From Geosiphon pyriformis uo1 (lineage: Eukaryota; Fungi; Glomeromycota), in contig JAAOMT010000526.1 of the NCBI GenBank assembly GCA_016748015.1, forward strand, positions 1-24,810: 24,810 nt of DNA, given 5' to 3'. Below the pieces are notes generated by a model, which was not told where the DNA came from, did not search any database, and saw only the letters and a program-made list of their open reading frames with translations. Shown here piece by piece: positions 22,735 to 24,810 of the stretch; position 1 is the first letter of the stretch; each line of letters opens with the position of its first letter. The position numbers and the translations under genes are program-made.

Positions 22735-23660
22735 AACATTGTGAAGCATCAGATTGATATGGGAGATGCTTGACCAATTAAGCAATGAGCTTACCACGTA
22801 CTCTCATCTGATGATAACCTAATTAAGCAAGAAGTGCAATGGATGCTTGATAATGGTCTAATCATAGAATTGTTAAGCCCTTGGTCCTCTCCAGTAGTCT
22901 TGGTCACCAAGAAAAATGGAAAAGTGTGATTCTGCATAGATTATTGAAAACTAAATAGTGTCATGTAAAGAGATAGTTATCTCATTCCCTTCATCCAGGA
23001 AATTCTGGACAATCTAGAGAAAAAGAAATGGTTCTCGTCATTGGATTTAGCAAGTGGTTACTGGCAAGTTGAAATGGACTCCAAAGACAAAGGAAAAACA
23101 GGATTTACCACTCGAGATGGAAACTTTGAGTTTAACGCAATGCCTTTTGGACTTTGTAATGCTCCTGCCATGTTTCAACACCTGATGGATGTAGTATACA
23201 AAGGAATCCTTTGGAAATCAATAGTAGTCTACCTAGACAACACAAACATGTTCTCCAAAACATTTGATGACCATCTGCTCCACCTGCAACAAGTCTTCAA
23301 ATACCTTCATAGTGCTGGATTGAAACTCAATCCCAAGAAGTGCTTCTTTGAAAAAACCGAGTTAAAATTCCTAGGATATGTAATCAACAAGGATGGAGTT
23401 AAACCCAATCCAGATAAAGTACAAAAAGTCAAGAATTTTTCAGCCCCAATCAACCTCAGAAAATTACGAGAATTTCTAGGATTGGCAGGATATTATCGTC
23501 AATTTGTCAAAGGTTTCTTGAACATCGCAAAACCACTCCATCAATTGTTGTCCAAATACATACCGTACTTGTGGAAAGAAGATCAACAGAAAGCATTTGA
23601 CTATCTCAAACAGCAATTGATCACATTTCCAATCCTGATTTATCCAGATTTCACTAAATA
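22735..23660 (+). pseudogene. pol: Ty3/gypsy reverse transcriptase, disrupted
   Basis: HQID, SPWSSPVVLVTKK, FCIDY*KLN, LDLASGYWQV, MPFGLCNAP, YLDN (YLDD with G->A), KFLGY, FLGLAGYYRQF. Confidence 0.96.
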
Positions 23661-24033
23661 GTTCATTGTTGCTACAGACGCCTCGAAAAATGCTCTAGGA
23701 GCAGTTTTATCACAGATAGGACTGGACAATAGAGAACACCCAGTTGTCTATGCTAGTTGCAGCACTAGCCCCAGCAAAAAAGAATTACAGCACAACAGAT
23801 CTGGAATGTTTCACCATTTATTGGGCCGTACAAACATGGAAACATTATCTCAGTCAACCATTTGACCTATATACTGACCACAAAGAACTTATTTGGTTAC
23901 TCAACAATCCACAACTAGAAGAAAATATGTGAGATGGAATACTTATCTGCAACAATTCTTATTCAAAGTCCATTACAAGAAAGAATCCAAGAACACCAAT
24001 GCCAACAGTTTGTCGAGGATACTACAAACCTAA
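23661..24033 (+). pseudogene. Ty3/gypsy RNase H, disrupted
   Basis: ATDASKNALGAVLSQ, YAS, KNYSTTDLEC, YTDHK, RW, NANSLSR, then TAA at 24031-24033. Confidence 0.93.
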
Positions 24034-24043
24034 TCCCAAACTC

Positions 24044-24810
24044 ATGGACACACTCACTTATCAATGACTACATCAGTATCTATCAACACTATGGTTCAAG
24101 AAGATATTATCTCAACAGGAACAGAGTACCATACAAAAACAAGCCCGAAATTATTTTATTCAAGACAACCAACTATATCGATGAGAACACTGAAACCACC
24201 CCAACTCACAACAACTAATCAAGGACAGTGAAAGAGAAACTATACTATATAGCATGCACTCAGATCTGACTACAAGACACTTTAACAAAGATGCTATTCT
24301 CGAAAAAACACTAAACTTATACTATTGGCCAATAATATACAAAGACATTTTCGAATACGTGCTCAATTGTGACACATGTCAGTGAAGAGGAGGAGCAAGA
24401 TCAACAGAACCACTTTGACCCATTCCAGTTGGAAATCTATTTGATAGAATTGGAATTGACTTGGTTGGACCTCTTTCAATTACATCCCAAGGAAATTGCT
24501 ATATCGCTGTAGCCATAGACTATCTTACAAAATGGCCAGAAGCCAGAGCAATCCAAGTGGCCAATGCCAAAACAGTAGCCGAATTTGTGCATCAAGACCT
24601 AATTTGCCAACATGGATGTCTGAAAAAATTATTATTTGATCAGGGAACACACTTTGTTAATAATACGTTGACTGAACTAAGCCAATGGTTTGGAATAAAG
24701 AGACCCTTATTGTCACTATACCACCCACAAACAAACGGACTGGTAAAATGATTTAACAGAACACTGTATGAAGCACTAGCAAAAATAAGTCATGAAAACA
24801 GACAAAAATG
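24044..24810 (+). pseudogene. Integrase (HHCC plus DDE core), disrupted, runs off the window
   Basis: A single frame from ATG 24044: MDTLTYQ*LHQYL..MHSD..RHF..YYWP..CDTCQ..IGIDLVGP..IDYLTKWPEA..FDQGTHF..YHPQTNGLVK*FN. Stops are CGA->TGA type. Confidence 0.93.

Larger units (their letters stand above)
17095..24810 (+). mobile_element. Ty3/gypsy LTR retrotransposon carrying a dUTPase, degenerate; 3' end outside the window
   Basis: LTR, PBS, gag and PR-(Cys-rich)-dUTPase-RT-RH-IN domain order. Confidence 0.96.

Noticed and set aside
18249-24810. Alternative genetic code or programmed read-through to explain in-frame TGA/TAA/TAG
   Set aside because: Stops replace Arg, Trp and Gln alike and co-occur with missense transitions in catalytic residues and with indels, as expected for mutational decay.

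Overview
This eukaryotic, probably fungal, window consists entirely of nested, decayed retrotransposons; no intact host gene, RNA gene or CRISPR array was found. The repeat proteins resemble Glomeromycotina/Geosiphon-type families from my recall, which I could not verify. Bases 1-17094 hold three minus-strand LINE-like elements of two subfamilies. Each has ORF1 (RRM-like domains, CCHC knuckle, coiled coil) overlapping ORF2 (APE endonuclease, RT, RNase H, Cys/His motif) at an ATGA. One copy (2889-9672) is full length with a poly(A) tail and target-site duplication. They sit inside older relics of the same family that have been converted almost entirely to A/T (2691-2890, 9673-10310, 10530-11457). 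From 17095 to the end, a plus-strand Ty3/gypsy element interrupts the third LINE. It has a 1092-bp 5' LTR, a tRNA PBS and a long gag-PR polyprotein, followed by an unexplained Cys-rich block, a dUTPase, a possible dUTPase-like relic and RT-RNase H, with the integrase apparently in its own ORF. Every retroelement reading frame is broken, mainly by C->T/G->A transitions, which suggests RIP-like or methylation-driven decay in layers of different age.
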